Source of the DNA: Nitrosopumilus sp.
Lineage (GTDB): Archaea > Thermoproteota > Nitrososphaeria > Nitrososphaerales > Nitrosopumilaceae
DNA: 64,000 bases
Direction of reading: 5' to 3'
NCBI GenBank assembly: GCA_965224195.1
Contig: OZ245040.1
Location: 1,344,001 to 1,408,000 of the forward strand
The notes under the pieces were generated by a model. That model had not been told where the DNA came from. It searched no databases and saw nothing but the letters and a program-made list of their open reading frames with translations. The position numbers and the translations under genes were made by a program. Within the stretch, counting starts at the first letter, position 1, and each line of letters opens with the position of its first letter. Below are positions 1 to 9,602 of the stretch, in pieces.

Positions 1-41
1 TTCAGATAGTTGGATTATGGTTGGTTTTTGCATGATATACC

Positions 42-395
42 TTAATTTGGAATTAATGTCAAAACCGGTTCTGGTTTTCTAATGGAGATATCGGCCTTGC
101 TTATTCTACTTCGATACATTTTGTATTTCCTACCTTTGTCTGAAATCATCCATTTTTCTACTTTAATCAGTGTCAATTCCTCAAGATCATTCAATTTTTT
201 ATACACCGAACTGAGAGGGATTTTTAATTTATCCGATAATTCAGCTGCAGTGTTGCCTTTTTTTATTATTGAAAATAATATTGCTCTTGATTCGGAATCA
301 GCCAAGGATTCTATTACTTTTTGAGTGATATCATATTTTTTTAATTGTGGTAAAGTTAATTTTCTCGACATGTAAATACCAGAAATATTGTTCAT
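42..395 (-). CDS. ArsR/winged-helix transcriptional regulator
   Basis: HTH pattern TAAELSDKLKIPLSSVYKKLNDL plus wing GRKYKMY; divergent from phnD. Confidence 0.8.
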   Translation of the reverse strand: MNNISGIYMSRKLTLPQLKKYDITQKVIESLADSESRAILFSIIKKGNTAAELSDKLKIPLSSVYKKLNDLEELTLIKVEKWMISDKGRKYKMYRSRISKADISIRKPEPVLTLIPN

Positions 396-500
396 GTATT
401 TAAACGGGATGTCATTATTCTCGTTCTATAGACTTAGAATGATATTTTAGAATGAAACCCTGATTTAAATAATTTAGCTTATCCTAACTTTTTGTAAATC

Positions 501-1589
501 ATGAAACGACAAATTACATTAACACTAATTGCTGTATTTGCAGTAATTGGTGTATTGTCTGTACCATTAACTCAGACAGCACAAGCAGAAAGCTTAGTCC
601 CTGAATGGATTAAAACAAATGCTGGCTGGTGGGCTGATGGTGCTTTAGATGATGAAACTTTTCTTAATGGAATTAAGTTTCTGTTAGAAAATGGAGTTAT
701 CGATGTTTCATCTGAATCAAACACTGCAATTACCGAAACTCTTACCATTGGATTTATTCCAGTTGAAAAAGCTGATGAATTAACTCCTAAAGCTCAAGCA
801 CTAGAAACATTTCTAGAAAATGAACTGGGTGTAGATGTTGAAATTGTAGTACCAACAAACTATGAGACTATCATTGAAGGAATGAGATTTGGTCACATTG
901 ATGCCGCTTTTATGGATACTGGTCCTGCATGGATTACCCATCAAAGAACTGGTGCAGAAGCTGTAATGGCTGAACTTGTTGCAGGTAAAGTAAATTACCA
1001 GGCGACTGTTTGGACATTGGCTGATAATGACTCAATTCAATCTTTGGAAGACACAGTTGGTAAAAAAGTAGCATTTACCAGTATTACAGGTTCTTCAGGT
1101 TTTGTTAGACCTATGGGAACTCTAGTTACTGATGGACACATTACAATTGAAGGTGATGATATTGTTGCATTGGAATCTGCATTGGCAAATAACTTTGAAA
1201 GTTATACCTTTGCTGGCGGTTACAAAGCTGCGTTAACACTACTTCTTGAGAATAAAGTTGATGTTGCATTTGGTTCAGATATTGCTCCACAAAAATATCT
1301 TGAATTAGAAGATCAAGTAAAATTACGTCCAGTTACTACAATTGGACCTGTACCATCACATGTTGTTATGGTAAGTTCAGACATGTCTGACTCTACTAAA
1401 GACGCACTAGTTGATGCATTGATTCAACTCAATTATGATGAAAATAATCATATTTTGACAGATTTGTATGGTGCAGAAGCTCTAGTTCCAACAACCACTA
1501 CTATGCACATTGGTGAATTTGGTGACTTTATTGATGCTTTAACAGGACTTGATCAGAAGATTCTTGACAAACATGACAAGAGCAAATAA
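501..1589 (+). CDS. phnD: Phosphate/phosphite/phosphonate ABC transporter substrate-binding protein with N-terminal thaumarchaeal surface domain
   Basis: Signal peptide; VPEWIKTNAGWWADG domain; LTIGFIP, YETIIEGMRFGHIDAAF, SSGFVRP, GPVPSH motifs; precedes ATPase and permease. Confidence 0.85.
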   Translation: MKRQITLTLIAVFAVIGVLSVPLTQTAQAESLVPEWIKTNAGWWADGALDDETFLNGIKFLLENGVIDVSSESNTAITETLTIGFIPVEKADELTPKAQALETFLENELGVDVEIVVPTNYETIIEGMRFGHIDAAFMDTGPAWITHQRTGAEAVMAELVAGKVNYQATVWTLADNDSIQSLEDTVGKKVAFTSITGSSGFVRPMGTLVTDGHITIEGDDIVALESALANNFESYTFAGGYKAALTLLLENKVDVAFGSDIAPQKYLELEDQVKLRPVTTIGPVPSHVVMVSSDMSDSTKDALVDALIQLNYDENNHILTDLYGAEALVPTTTTMHIGEFGDFIDALTGLDQKILDKHDKSK

Positions 1590-1620
1590 AACCCGGGATT
1601 CTGGAAATGAAACAATTCAG

Positions 1621-2436
1621 ATGACCAAAAACCCTTCTTTTTCATTAATTTCTACTAACAAAATCATTCAGATGAGTGATATATCAACATCTTATGATTC
1701 AAAGAATTTTGCATTAGAAAAAATTAATCTTTCAATTGATAGGGGTACAAATTATGCTATTGTTGGTCAATCTGGTTCTGGCAAATCCACTTTATTGAAA
1801 TTAATGAACGGTATGATGATTCCAAGTAGTGGAACGATCAAAATTGATTATATTTCCCCCAACATGAACAATAAAAAATTTAAAAAAATGATGCATACTA
1901 TTGGATATATTCCTCAAAGTTTGGGATTGGTTAAAAATATCACAGTACTTGATAATATTTTGATTGGTGCTTTACCTAGATTAAATAAAATACAATCTTT
2001 TTTTAAAAAATTTCCTGAACATGAGATAACTGAAGCTAAAAGAATAATTTCACTTGTTGGACTAACTGGTAAAGAAAATAAACAAACCTACATGTTGAGT
2101 GGTGGTGAAAAGCGTAGAGTTGCTATTGCTAGAGCATTAATGCAAAAACCTACCATTTTACTAGCTGATGAAATTGTTTCAGAACTTGATCATGTTACAG
2201 CAAAAGAAATAATGAATTTAATTACCGATGCTCAAAAAAGAATGAATTTGACTGCCATTATGGTTCATCATGATATGCAATTGGCATTAGAATATGCAAA
2301 TAGGGTTGCGGTAATTCAGGAAGGTCATAAAATTTTAGAAATTGGTGTTGAAGGTGACACTATAGTTGATTTTCAAACAGGGGATATGACTACTGAGGAA
2401 ATAATGGAGATGCATGCTGATGACACCAAAAAATAA
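1621..2436 (+). CDS. phnC: Phosphonate ABC transporter ATP-binding protein
   Basis: Walker A GQSGSGKS, signature LSGGEKRR, Walker B LLADE; exact start uncertain (1621 or 1672). Confidence 0.85.
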   Translation: MTKNPSFSLISTNKIIQMSDISTSYDSKNFALEKINLSIDRGTNYAIVGQSGSGKSTLLKLMNGMMIPSSGTIKIDYISPNMNNKKFKKMMHTIGYIPQSLGLVKNITVLDNILIGALPRLNKIQSFFKKFPEHEITEAKRIISLVGLTGKENKQTYMLSGGEKRRVAIARALMQKPTILLADEIVSELDHVTAKEIMNLITDAQKRMNLTAIMVHHDMQLALEYANRVAVIQEGHKILEIGVEGDTIVDFQTGDMTTEEIMEMHADDTKK

Positions 2437-3220
2437 TATTTTAATCGGTGTTATTGTAGGGCTTATCGTTATTGCATCCTATAATGTCGATGCTAACCCT
2501 TTAGATTTTGTAGATGGTTTTTCTAATCTTGGAATTATTCTTGAAGAAATTCTAGTTTTAGAAAACATTATTGATAATATGAAATATGTCCCAAGTGCTC
2601 TTTTAACAATGCTTGAAACATTACAAATGGCGTTTATTGGAACTGTGATTGGTGTTGTTATTGGATTGCCATTTAGTATGCTTGCTGCACGTAACTTGAA
2701 TAGTAAATTCGTTTATGCTCCAATTAGAACATTATTGGCAATAGTTCGTACATTTCCTTCTATATTGTGGGCTATGTTATTTGTAATTGTAGTGGGGCTT
2801 GGACCATTTGCAGGTGTCTTGGCAATTATTTTGTATACAATTGGATTTGTAACCAAATTACAATTTGAATCAATAGAGACAATTGATTCTGATCCTATGG
2901 ATGCAGTTAGTTCTATTGGTGTTTCAAAATTTCAATTAATTAGATATGTTGTGATTCCTGAGGCTGCCTCTCATCTTCTTGGGCAAATGCTTTACATGTT
3001 TGACTATAATGTACGTCAGAGTGCCATTCTTGGTATTGTTGGTGCCGGAGGTATTGGTTTCTTTATCATCCAATACATCAAATTCTTTGAATATGGGAAA
3101 GCAGCTGTTTATCTCTTTGTTGTGCTAATTGTGGTTTTGGGAATTGAATGGATTAGTGTTAAAATCCGGGACAAGTATATTGTAAAATCTCAACATGGAA
3201 TGAAAGTTACTACAAAATAA
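2414..3220 (+). CDS. phnE: Phosphonate ABC transporter permease
   Basis: ETLQMAFIGT, GLGPFAGVLA, NVRQSAILGIVGAGGIG motifs. Confidence 0.9.
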   Translation: MLMTPKNNILIGVIVGLIVIASYNVDANPLDFVDGFSNLGIILEEILVLENIIDNMKYVPSALLTMLETLQMAFIGTVIGVVIGLPFSMLAARNLNSKFVYAPIRTLLAIVRTFPSILWAMLFVIVVGLGPFAGVLAIILYTIGFVTKLQFESIETIDSDPMDAVSSIGVSKFQLIRYVVIPEAASHLLGQMLYMFDYNVRQSAILGIVGAGGIGFFIIQYIKFFEYGKAAVYLFVVLIVVLGIEWISVKIRDKYIVKSQHGMKVTTK

Positions 3221-3224
3221 TTTT

Positions 3225-4250
3225 CTAGGTAGTAATTTTATCTAATTGATTGGTTTCTGTGGCTGTCTTTATCTCTCTCGCAATTCTTTTCCCCATGCTC
3301 ATGGTCTCATTGAATAGCAGAGAATAGTATGGAGAGCCATCCATGTAGATGTTTGATCCTGCAACTATTCTTGCTGAAAATTCAAAAGATGTGAATTTTG
3401 CATTTTCATCATAAACCCCTTCAATACAAAATGGACCATTCATTCCTGGGGCAACTACTCTTTTAGATGCTTCTACAAAATTTTCTCCCATTTTGTACAC
3501 TTCATCTAATAGAGATTCTCGTAAAACAAGAGGACTATTACCAATAACGTTGAATGATGGAACTTTGTTTGATTTCATTTGTTGCTGGGCGGGGATTCTT
3601 CCCAATCCTTCAATGTCCGATTCATGTCGTTGATCAACTCCAAAGAATTCTAACTCTTCTTTTAATGGAGAATAGAAAAATGTCAAATAAGCTAAAACCC
3701 CTGCTGCATATTCTTGAATGTATAAAGTCTCATCTTTAGAAATTATTCCTTGTGAAATTAGTTGATTCCTTTTTGAATTATAATCTTCTTCGCTTGCTGC
3801 CATAAAGTAACCTTTTCCACCTACGGCTCCTTGTCTTTTTACAATTACTAGTTTTTCAATTTGACTTGGTTCTGTAACTGGCTCGGGCATTGGTAATTTT
3901 GCTTCTCTCATGAGTTTTTCTTTCATTTCTCTGTCTGATTCCCATCTTAGAATCCATTTGTTACCAAAGACCGGAGTTTTGATTGATTCAATTTCTTCAG
4001 AACTCATTTGTGCAACTAATGTTCCGTGAGGTATTATGACTGCATTATTTTCTTCAAGGATTGTTTGACATTTTTGATCTAATACTTCTTTGAATGAATC
4101 TACAATTATCATTTCATCGATAAATGGGAATCTTTTGTATAATTTTTCGCGTTTTTTTTCACACACTAGAATTGTTTTCAATCCTTCATCTTTGGCACCT
4201 TTTAGAACTTGTAATGAACAGTGGGAGCCTAAAGTTGCAATTGAAGTCAT
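3225..4250 (-). CDS. purP: Archaeal formate--AICAR ligase (PurP family, ATP-grasp)
   Basis: IATLGSHCSLQ, IPHGT, GGKGYF, FEFSARIVAG, MGKRIAREI. Confidence 0.9.
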   Translation of the reverse strand: MTSIATLGSHCSLQVLKGAKDEGLKTILVCEKKREKLYKRFPFIDEMIIVDSFKEVLDQKCQTILEENNAVIIPHGTLVAQMSSEEIESIKTPVFGNKWILRWESDREMKEKLMREAKLPMPEPVTEPSQIEKLVIVKRQGAVGGKGYFMAASEEDYNSKRNQLISQGIISKDETLYIQEYAAGVLAYLTFFYSPLKEELEFFGVDQRHESDIEGLGRIPAQQQMKSNKVPSFNVIGNSPLVLRESLLDEVYKMGENFVEASKRVVAPGMNGPFCIEGVYDENAKFTSFEFSARIVAGSNIYMDGSPYYSLLFNETMSMGKRIAREIKTATETNQLDKITT

Positions 4251-4276
4251 TGATATTTTGAGTATGCTATTGTACT

Positions 4277-4311
4277 TTATGAACTATTATGAACTATTAT
4301 GAACTATTATG
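4277..4311. repeat. 10-bp tandem repeat (TTATGAACTA x3.5)
   Basis: Read directly. Confidence 0.9.
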
Positions 4312-4509
4312 TGCAGTTGTGACATACTGGAATACTTCATCAATTAATTCCACACTCAATTCAGACTTGATATCCTCGGGAATTACCTTTAGCACAAAAT
4401 CATACATTGTCGTATTTTTTGGTAATTCATCTCTTTCTTGAAGTAATGAGAATACTGCAATTCCGTTAGAAATTATTGCTATGATTTTTTCTTTATTTGA
4501 AAGTGTCAT
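4297..4509 (-). CDS. Small hypothetical protein
   Basis: 70-aa ORF, co-oriented with purP. Confidence 0.65.
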   Translation of the reverse strand: MTLSNKEKIIAIISNGIAVFSLLQERDELPKNTTMYDFVLKVIPEDIKSELSVELIDEVFQYVTTAHNSS

Positions 4510-4556
4510 GACTTTATGAATAATTATTATAATTTAATATAAATCCGGCTCTAGTG

Positions 4557-4748
4557 CTAAAGGATTGATTTTTTGAATTCTGGATTTTGATAAATCTGAA
4601 CCATTCCTGATCTTTCACTTAATATTTCTAGTTCTATGGCAACATTGTGTTCTTCTGCCTCTTCTCCTACTTGCTGAGATGCGTGGTATCCAACATATGC
4701 TCCTACGATGACAAACATTGCAATAACTAGAAGCATCAGTATGTTCAA
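4557..4748 (-). CDS. Small single-pass membrane protein
   Basis: Hydrophobic N-terminus. Confidence 0.55.
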   Translation of the reverse strand: MNILMLLVIAMFVIVGAYVGYHASQQVGEEAEEHNVAIELEILSERSGMVQIYQNPEFKKSIL

Positions 4749-4860
4749 CTTGTTTTTTTGTGGAATTTAAACTGGCTATAAGCATTATGAAAATTAAGGA
4801 AATGGTTCAATATTTTATATAAAAATTAATTACACCATGATATCTGGAATAAAGTAAATT

Positions 4861-6171
4861 ATGATTGAAACAGAATTAAGAACTTTACGCAGATCTCATT
4901 ATTCTGATGAAATTAACTCCTCTATGGATGGAACTAGGGTCACTGTAATGGGATGGGTTTTGACAATTCGTGGACATGGAAACATTAGTTTTGCTACATT
5001 ACGTGACAAAAATGGTGATCTTTCAATTGTTGCAAAAAAAGGAGATTGCCCTGATGATATTCGCAAAAAAATCTCTTCATTAAAAGCACATTCTTCTATT
5101 GCAATTGTTGGTAATGTCAAGGCATCTGAAAAAGCATCTAGTGGCTATGAAATAATCCCCACGGAATTAAGAGTATTTTCAGATGTTGAAAAAATACCTC
5201 CATTTGAGCCTACTGTGAAAACTGTAAAAAATATTGATACTAGATTAGAAGTAAGACCTATTGATCTTAGACGTGATGTTTTACAACATATTTTCAAAAC
5301 AAGAAGTTTAGTTTTAAAATCAATTAGAGAATATTTTGGAAATCAAAATTTTATTGAAATCAACACTCCTAAAATGATTGTAACAGCTACAGAAGGTGGT
5401 GCTGCATTATTTCCAATTTTCTATTACAACAAAGAAGCATTCTTAGCTCAGAGTCCACAATTATACAAAGAACAATTAACAATGAGTTTTGAAAAAGTTT
5501 TTGAGATTGCACCTATATTTAGAGCAGAACCTTCTAGAACAAATCGCCATTTAGCTGAAGCAATTTCCATTGATTTGGAAGAAGCATTTGTTGATTACAA
5601 TGATGTGATGAATAGAATTGAAGAAATTATCAAAGTTTCTATTCAAACTACTATCGATTATGTGAAAGATAATCATGATTCAGAATTCCCTGCAATCTCA
5701 ATCCCTGACACAATTCCTCGATATACCTATGATGATTTAGTTGATAGAATGCAAAATGCAGGTGCAAAAACAGAATGGGGTGATGATTTGTATCCATCAA
5801 ACCTTAAAAAAATTGGATTAGATGGATTTTATTTCATTACTGATTGGCCTCTTGCACCAAAACCGTTTTACGTAAAAGATAGTAAATCAAACCCTAAAGT
5901 TTCTGAATCATTTGATTTGATGTATGGTGATTTAGAATTATCTTCTGGTAGTACAAGAATTGAAAAACGTGATGAATTAGCTGAGAGAATGAAAAACAAG
6001 GGAATGAAAACTGATGCATTTGAGTATCACTTGGGAGCATTTGATTATGGAGTTCCTCCTCACGCAGGCTGTGGAATAGGTTTAGAGAGGTTGATTATGG
6101 TTTTAACTGGCACTGAAAATATTCGTGATACTACATTTTACCCACGAGATGTGGATAGATTAACTCCGTAG
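4861..6171 (+). CDS. aspS: Aspartyl-tRNA synthetase, archaeal, probably non-discriminating
   Basis: OB fold GWVLTIRGHG, LAQSPQLYK, FRAE, PPHAGCGIGLERL; operon with gatCAB. Confidence 0.95.
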   Translation: MIETELRTLRRSHYSDEINSSMDGTRVTVMGWVLTIRGHGNISFATLRDKNGDLSIVAKKGDCPDDIRKKISSLKAHSSIAIVGNVKASEKASSGYEIIPTELRVFSDVEKIPPFEPTVKTVKNIDTRLEVRPIDLRRDVLQHIFKTRSLVLKSIREYFGNQNFIEINTPKMIVTATEGGAALFPIFYYNKEAFLAQSPQLYKEQLTMSFEKVFEIAPIFRAEPSRTNRHLAEAISIDLEEAFVDYNDVMNRIEEIIKVSIQTTIDYVKDNHDSEFPAISIPDTIPRYTYDDLVDRMQNAGAKTEWGDDLYPSNLKKIGLDGFYFITDWPLAPKPFYVKDSKSNPKVSESFDLMYGDLELSSGSTRIEKRDELAERMKNKGMKTDAFEYHLGAFDYGVPPHAGCGIGLERLIMVLTGTENIRDTTFYPRDVDRLTP

Positions 6172-6450
6172 GTGCATGAAATGATAACTGAGGAAGAAAT
6201 AGAGAACGTTTCAAAATTAATGCGAATAGAGATTGATGATCATAAAGAATATGTTGAAAAAGTGCATATGATGATTGATTATTTTGATATTTTAGATTCT
6301 GCAGGAGTTGAATCTGAAGAAATTTCAATGCCCGAAATTTCAATTTCTAAATTAAGAGAAGATAAACATATTCCATTTGATGATAAATTAATAGAAAAAC
6401 TCAATCACTACAAGGGAACATACGTTCGTGCACCAAAGATGTCTTCATGA
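6172..6450 (+). CDS. gatC: Asp/Glu-tRNA amidotransferase subunit C
   Basis: Size, LREDK and YVRAPK motifs, position before gatA. Confidence 0.85.
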   Translation: MHEMITEEEIENVSKLMRIEIDDHKEYVEKVHMMIDYFDILDSAGVESEEISMPEISISKLREDKHIPFDDKLIEKLNHYKGTYVRAPKMSS

Positions 6451-7892
6451 ATCTAAAAATATCTGCCCTTGATTATGTTCAAGAAGTAAAAACAGGAAAT
6501 ATCTCTGCAGAAGATTTTGTTGCAAAAACTATTGAAAGAATTCAAAGTGTGGATGATAAATTACATGCATTCTTGTCTGTAAATGACGATGCAGTTAATC
6601 AAGCCAGAGTAATTGACAAAAAAATAAAATCTGGTGAAAAAGTTGGAGACTGTTTTGGAATGCCTATATCTGTTAAAGATAACATGTGTATCAAAGATTC
6701 AAAAACTACATGTGCGTCTAAAATGCTTGAGAATTTTGTTGCGCCCTATGATGCAACTGTGATTTCAAAATTAAAACAACAAGATGCAATATTTGTTGGC
6801 AAAGTAAACATGGATGAGTTTGCTATGGGTATTACAACTGAGTTTAGTGCATATGGGCCAAGTAAAAATCCTTGGAATGTGGAATGTGTTCCAGGTGGCT
6901 CATCTGGTGGTAGTGCTGTTTCTGTTAGTGCATTTGAATGTGTAGCATCTCTTGGTTCTGATACTGGTGGTTCTGTGAGAAATCCTGCAAGTTTTTGTTC
7001 TACAGTTGGCTACAAGCCAACCTATGGTTTGATTAGCAGATATGGGTTAATTTCATATGCCAATAGTATTGAACAAATTGGTCCTCTTACAAGAACTGTA
7101 AAAGATACGGCATTCATGCTAAATCTCATTGCAGGAATGGATCCTAATGATAACACAACAATTGATAACAAAAATGAAGACTATCTATCAGGCATAGAAT
7201 CAGGCATAGAAGGTAAAAAAATAGGCATAATCAAAGAGATGATTGGAGAAGGAATTGATCCTGCAGTATTATCTGCAACAAAAGAGGCTGTTGCAAAATT
7301 AGAGGGATTAGGGGCAACATGTGAGGAAATATCTCTTGATATGGTGAAGTATTCTGTTGCAGCATACTATACAATTACTGCAACTGAAGCTGGCAGTAAT
7401 TTGGCAAGATATGATAATATCCGATATGGTTATGATTTCCCATTAGAAGGCTATGAGTTTAATTCATACATTTCCAAGGCCAGACGTAAATTTGGACCTG
7501 AAGTTACAAGAAGAATGATTATCGGTGGATTTGTTCCATCTGCAGGTCATGCTGGAAAATATTTCTTAAAAGCCCAAAAAGTAAAAAGTAAACTTACAAA
7601 AGAAGTTAATGATGCATTTAAGAAATTTGATTTTTTAATTTCTCCAACTGTACCAATTTTACCATTTAAACTAGGTGAAAAGATTGATGATCCTGTATCA
7701 TTATTCTTAGTTGACATTAACACCGTAACTGCAAATCTTACTGGAAAACCTGCAATCTCAATACCATTTGCAAATTCAAACGGATTACCAATTGGAATTC
7801 AATTAATGGCCGATTCAATGCAAGACAAATCATTACTTCAAGCTGCATATGCATTAGAACAAACTGTAAGTTTACCGGAGGTATCAATATGA
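6447..7892 (+). CDS. gatA: Asp/Glu-tRNA amidotransferase subunit A
   Basis: Amidase signature PGGSSGGSA, GSDTGGSVRNPA. Confidence 0.95.
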   Translation: MNLKISALDYVQEVKTGNISAEDFVAKTIERIQSVDDKLHAFLSVNDDAVNQARVIDKKIKSGEKVGDCFGMPISVKDNMCIKDSKTTCASKMLENFVAPYDATVISKLKQQDAIFVGKVNMDEFAMGITTEFSAYGPSKNPWNVECVPGGSSGGSAVSVSAFECVASLGSDTGGSVRNPASFCSTVGYKPTYGLISRYGLISYANSIEQIGPLTRTVKDTAFMLNLIAGMDPNDNTTIDNKNEDYLSGIESGIEGKKIGIIKEMIGEGIDPAVLSATKEAVAKLEGLGATCEEISLDMVKYSVAAYYTITATEAGSNLARYDNIRYGYDFPLEGYEFNSYISKARRKFGPEVTRRMIIGGFVPSAGHAGKYFLKAQKVKSKLTKEVNDAFKKFDFLISPTVPILPFKLGEKIDDPVSLFLVDINTVTANLTGKPAISIPFANSNGLPIGIQLMADSMQDKSLLQAAYALEQTVSLPEVSI

Positions 7893-9295
7893 CAATGATT
7901 GGATTAGAAATTCACTGTCAATTAACAAACTTGAATAGTAAATTATTTTGTTCATGTAAAGCAAACTATCGGGAATTTGAAATCAATGGAAATATTTGTC
8001 CAGTATGTATGGGATTGCCTGGAAGTTTACCTAGATTAAATCAAGAAGCAGTAAAAAAAGCAACAATAATTGCAATGGCTCTAAACTGTACTACTCCTGA
8101 AAAAATTGCATTTTTTAGAAAAAATTATTTTTATCCTGATTCTCCTAAAAATTTTCAAATCACCCAATTGAACATCTATGGTGATACTAGTGTGGGCGGA
8201 ACTGGCTCTGTAATGATTGGTGACAAAAAAATCAGAATCACAAGAATTCAGCTTGAAGAGGACCCTGGACGACTAATTTATGAAGGAAGTTCATCAAAAA
8301 ATCAGATTACACTTGTAGATTACAATCGTGCTGGGACTCCATTAGTAGAAATTGTTACAGAGCCGGATTTTGAGACTCCTAAAGAAGTAAGAGATTTTCT
8401 AAATATTTTATCAGATATTCTTGTAAATCTTGGTGTTGCTGATCCTAGTTTAGAGGGTGCAATGAGGGCTGATTCAAATGTATCAATTAAAGGCGGTAAA
8501 AAAGTAGAAATAAAAAATATTGGTTCTTTTCATGATTTAGAAAAAGCAGTTCATTTTGAAATTACAAGACAAGAAAGTCTGCATTCTAGAGATATAGAGA
8601 TTGTTCAAGAAACTCGTCATTGGGATGATAGACGAAAAATCACAGTTTCATCACGTTCAAAAGAAGAAGATCTTGACTATAGATATTTCCTGGAAGGGGA
8701 TATTCCTTGGGTACACATTGATTCTGACATTCAAAAAAAATTACAAACTGAAATGCCTGAAAGTATCAGTTCTAAAAAAGAACGATACATTTCAAAATAT
8801 AACATTCCTGCACAAGTATCTGAGGTACTGTCATCTGACAAATATTATTCTGATTTATTTGAAGAGGCCCATACTGAATCAAATGCTAAAGAAGTGGCAA
8901 ATATTATCACAACTGAATTAATGGGCCTAGTTGATACTCGTGAAAAACGAGAAGCATCAAAATTTACATCCACTCATCTGAGAGATCTTGCTGATGCAAT
9001 TCAATCAGGAAAAGTTTCAAGAAACTCGTCTAAAAATGCATTACACGAAATTTTAAAATCTGGTAAAGAATTATCTGCTGTAATTTCAGAACTTGATCTT
9101 GGAAATGTTTCAGATGAATCAGAATTATCTGGAATTATTATAAAAGTAATTTCAGAAGAACCGCAGGCAGTTGAGCAAACCAAATCAAATCCCCAAACTA
9201 TCAACTATTTGGTAGGTAAAGTAATGCAGAAAACTAAAGGAAAAGCTGATCCTGTACTAACTCTTGATATATTGAAAAAACATCTTGGTATTTGA
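7889..9295 (+). CDS. gatB: Asp/Glu-tRNA amidotransferase subunit B
   Basis: IGLEIHCQL, RKNYFYPD, DYNRAGTPLVEIVTEPD, Yqey-like tail. Confidence 0.95.
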   Translation: MTMIGLEIHCQLTNLNSKLFCSCKANYREFEINGNICPVCMGLPGSLPRLNQEAVKKATIIAMALNCTTPEKIAFFRKNYFYPDSPKNFQITQLNIYGDTSVGGTGSVMIGDKKIRITRIQLEEDPGRLIYEGSSSKNQITLVDYNRAGTPLVEIVTEPDFETPKEVRDFLNILSDILVNLGVADPSLEGAMRADSNVSIKGGKKVEIKNIGSFHDLEKAVHFEITRQESLHSRDIEIVQETRHWDDRRKITVSSRSKEEDLDYRYFLEGDIPWVHIDSDIQKKLQTEMPESISSKKERYISKYNIPAQVSEVLSSDKYYSDLFEEAHTESNAKEVANIITTELMGLVDTREKREASKFTSTHLRDLADAIQSGKVSRNSSKNALHEILKSGKELSAVISELDLGNVSDESELSGIIIKVISEEPQAVEQTKSNPQTINYLVGKVMQKTKGKADPVLTLDILKKHLGI

Positions 9296-9558
9296 TGACT
9301 GAACTATCTTTAGAAAATATTGAATTTATCAAAATTTTAGCAACATCCGATGCCACAATTTTACAAGCTGGGATGAATGATGCTACCCGGCAAAAATTAG
9401 ATGATGAAATAGGCACAATTTTAAGAGAATATTACCGAGAAAATACAATGGGGACTGCAACTAAATGGACTCAAAAACTAGAAGATGTTGGTATTGATGA
9501 AGATGCTGGGAAGGCATCTATTGCTTGTGCAAGGCGATTGGGAATTGATATTTCATAA
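9292..9558 (+). CDS. Hypothetical protein
   Basis: 88-aa ORF overlapping the gatB stop. Confidence 0.7.
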   Translation: MMTELSLENIEFIKILATSDATILQAGMNDATRQKLDDEIGTILREYYRENTMGTATKWTQKLEDVGIDEDAGKASIACARRLGIDIS

Positions 9559-9602
9559 CAAAAAAATCTTTTTACTCTATCCAAGTAGAAAAAAATTAAA
9601 TA

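Noticed and set aside
4861-9295. aspS-gatCAB cluster as novel
   Set aside because: Standard indirect Asn-tRNA pathway.
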